A stretch of DNA of 64,000 nt, from the NCBI GenBank assembly GCA_048882045.1, contig JBHLRZ010000012.1, positions 1-64,000 of the forward strand. Direction: 5' to 3'. This stretch comes from Candidatus Thorarchaeota archaeon. GTDB taxonomy: Archaea; Asgardarchaeota; Thorarchaeia; Thorarchaeales; Thorarchaeaceae. Each line of letters begins with the position of its first letter. The first letter of the stretch is position 1. A program made the position numbers and the translations under genes. The notes beneath the pieces are model-generated. The model saw nothing but the letters and a program-made list of their open reading frames with translations. It was not told the DNA's origin and did no database searches. Shown here one piece after another: positions 62,540-64,000 of the stretch.

Positions 62540-63673
62540 ATGCTCCGTGAGATAGTCGCAATAGTGAAGAAAGACCTGAAACAGGCCAAGAGAGACCCTA
62601 AGTTCATTGCACCAAGCCTGATCATCCCCTTTGTTTTTCTTCTTGTATACACTATCATGTGGACGTCAGTTGGAGGAGGTGAGTCTTTCGCATGTGGGCT
62701 CGTTGTAGAGGATCTATCTCCTGAAGCCAATGATATGGCCAATATCATTGAGAATATGGTGTCTACAACAAATCACACATGGTTCAGCATAGAACGTTAT
62801 GATGCTGAAACTGCTGATGAACTCTATCGGAGTACATCTCTAATCGCTTACATTTTGATACCCGCGGGATTTGGAAATAACATTACGTCAGGTCAAGATG
62901 CAGTTGTTATTATGTACATTAACAATGCCAATGATGATGTAGTTAAGAACTATGTACACAGAGTAGAAGCAGCAGTCCTACTATTCAACCAAGGAGCTGT
63001 CTATCCTGAGTTTGATCAGTCTGATGCACGAATAGCCATTGATGAATCATTTAGTCTGGTCGAAACCCCTTCCAATCTCAAATACATGGCAGCCGTAGCA
63101 ATCTTACTTTCGCTCATGGCCTGTTCTCTTGCAAGTCAGGCTATGCTGACAGCAACCGAATTCGAAACAAATGCCCTCCAAGACACTCTGAACTCTCCAA
63201 CCCCTCGACTTGCTCTGGTTCTTGGTCGAACTATAGCTGCTATTCCTAGATCCTTGTCCGCGGTCTTGATATCTGCTCCTGTGATTTGTTTCGGTATGGG
63301 TGTGTTCCCAACAGGAAACATACTCGTGCTCATCGGAATTCTATTTCTCACAATTATTGCGCTAGTGCCAATTGGCGAACTGCTTGGAATGAAGATACGA
63401 AACCGAGAACAGGCCCTGCTTGCTGCAGTTCTGTTCACAGTGTTTGCATTCTATATAGGAGGCGGCATTGCTCCTATTGGACTATCTCCAGCTCCAATAA
63501 GGGTGATTGCAGGGATTTTCCCAACCACTCATTCATACTTTCTATGGACCCGCGTGTTCTTCTCTGACACGGTTCTTGGATTGACAACAAGCTCGTTGTT
63601 TCTAGTTGGTTCATGGATTGCTTTGTCAGCTGTCGTGCTTCATCTCATGAAGAAGGAGGTAGAACGGTCTTGA
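62540..63673 (+). CDS. ABC-2 exporter permease
   Basis: One TM, a large loop and five further TMs; follows the ATPase. Confidence 0.88.
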   Translation: MLREIVAIVKKDLKQAKRDPKFIAPSLIIPFVFLLVYTIMWTSVGGGESFACGLVVEDLSPEANDMANIIENMVSTTNHTWFSIERYDAETADELYRSTSLIAYILIPAGFGNNITSGQDAVVIMYINNANDDVVKNYVHRVEAAVLLFNQGAVYPEFDQSDARIAIDESFSLVETPSNLKYMAAVAILLSLMACSLASQAMLTATEFETNALQDTLNSPTPRLALVLGRTIAAIPRSLSAVLISAPVICFGMGVFPTGNILVLIGILFLTIIALVPIGELLGMKIRNREQALLAAVLFTVFAFYIGGGIAPIGLSPAPIRVIAGIFPTTHSYFLWTRVFFSDTVLGLTTSSLFLVGSWIALSAVVLHLMKKEVERS

Positions 63674-64000
63674 ATTTGTCATTTAGAGTAGTTCGAGCCA
63701 GCCTTCTCAAAGAGATGCGAGTGTGGAAACGAAGTCCTCACAAATTGGCTTTAGTAATCCTTCTGCCACTGATGTTCTTCTCCGGATTCAGTATGCTCAT
63801 GGGAGGAGTGTATTTCGGAAGTGGTGTTGAAACAGCTGTGGTCATACAGGAACAGAATCCTGGTTTCTACACGGAGGCTCTGATTGAGATTTTAGGAGAG
63901 TATGATCCGATCCCACCAAGGCTTGACCCAATAATGATGGACTCGGAAACAGCCAATGCTCTTTTCCAGAATGGTGAGATTCTACTCGTCATTACTATCC
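63670..64000 (+). CDS. Second ABC-2 permease, truncated by the window end
   Basis: TTG at 63670 overlaps the previous stop; MNLSFRVVRASLLKEMRVWKRSPHKLALVILLPLMFF..., open to the end. Confidence 0.8.
   Translation, partial: MNLSFRVVRASLLKEMRVWKRSPHKLALVILLPLMFFSGFSMLMGGVYFGSGVETAVVIQEQNPGFYTEALIEILGEYDPIPPRLDPIMMDSETANALFQNGEILLVITI

Overview
Archaeal chromosome segment, most likely an Asgard archaeon (Thorarchaeia-like). This rests on two tandem profilin-like genes, rpl38e, SepF, Alba and archaeal information-processing genes. About 7-64 kb is largely core genome: rpl37e-lsm, aCPSF1-psmB, the rpl21e-rpo4-DUF655-ksgA-hemK cluster, pus10, truD, sucCD, a MoxR/DUF58 operon and ABC transporters. 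The first 6.8 kb is accessory. It is a tandem array of compact, mostly single-gene cassettes separated by 23-bp copies of the 3' end (positions 54-76) of an adjacent three-intron tRNA-Ala(GGC), with copies ranging from perfect to heavily decayed and no integrase in view. Two diverged amidohydrolase cassettes lack their own stop codon; an in-frame TGA appears only if the cassette is circularised at the repeat. A two-intron tRNA-Val(CAC) has an inverted 22/23 copy of the same 54-76 segment upstream of the gene, so the two copies bracket a 342-bp candidate invertible segment. Other oddities are three unannotated tandem micro-ORFs (two ending in SY[QK]YR), a catalytically degenerate Ski2-like helicase fused to a SWIM finger, a ~2050-aa surface protein with a dead transglutaminase triad, an OPT transporter with a triplicated membrane module, and a hairpin hiding the nusA-like RBS. 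All calls come from reading the sequence by eye; no searches were run.
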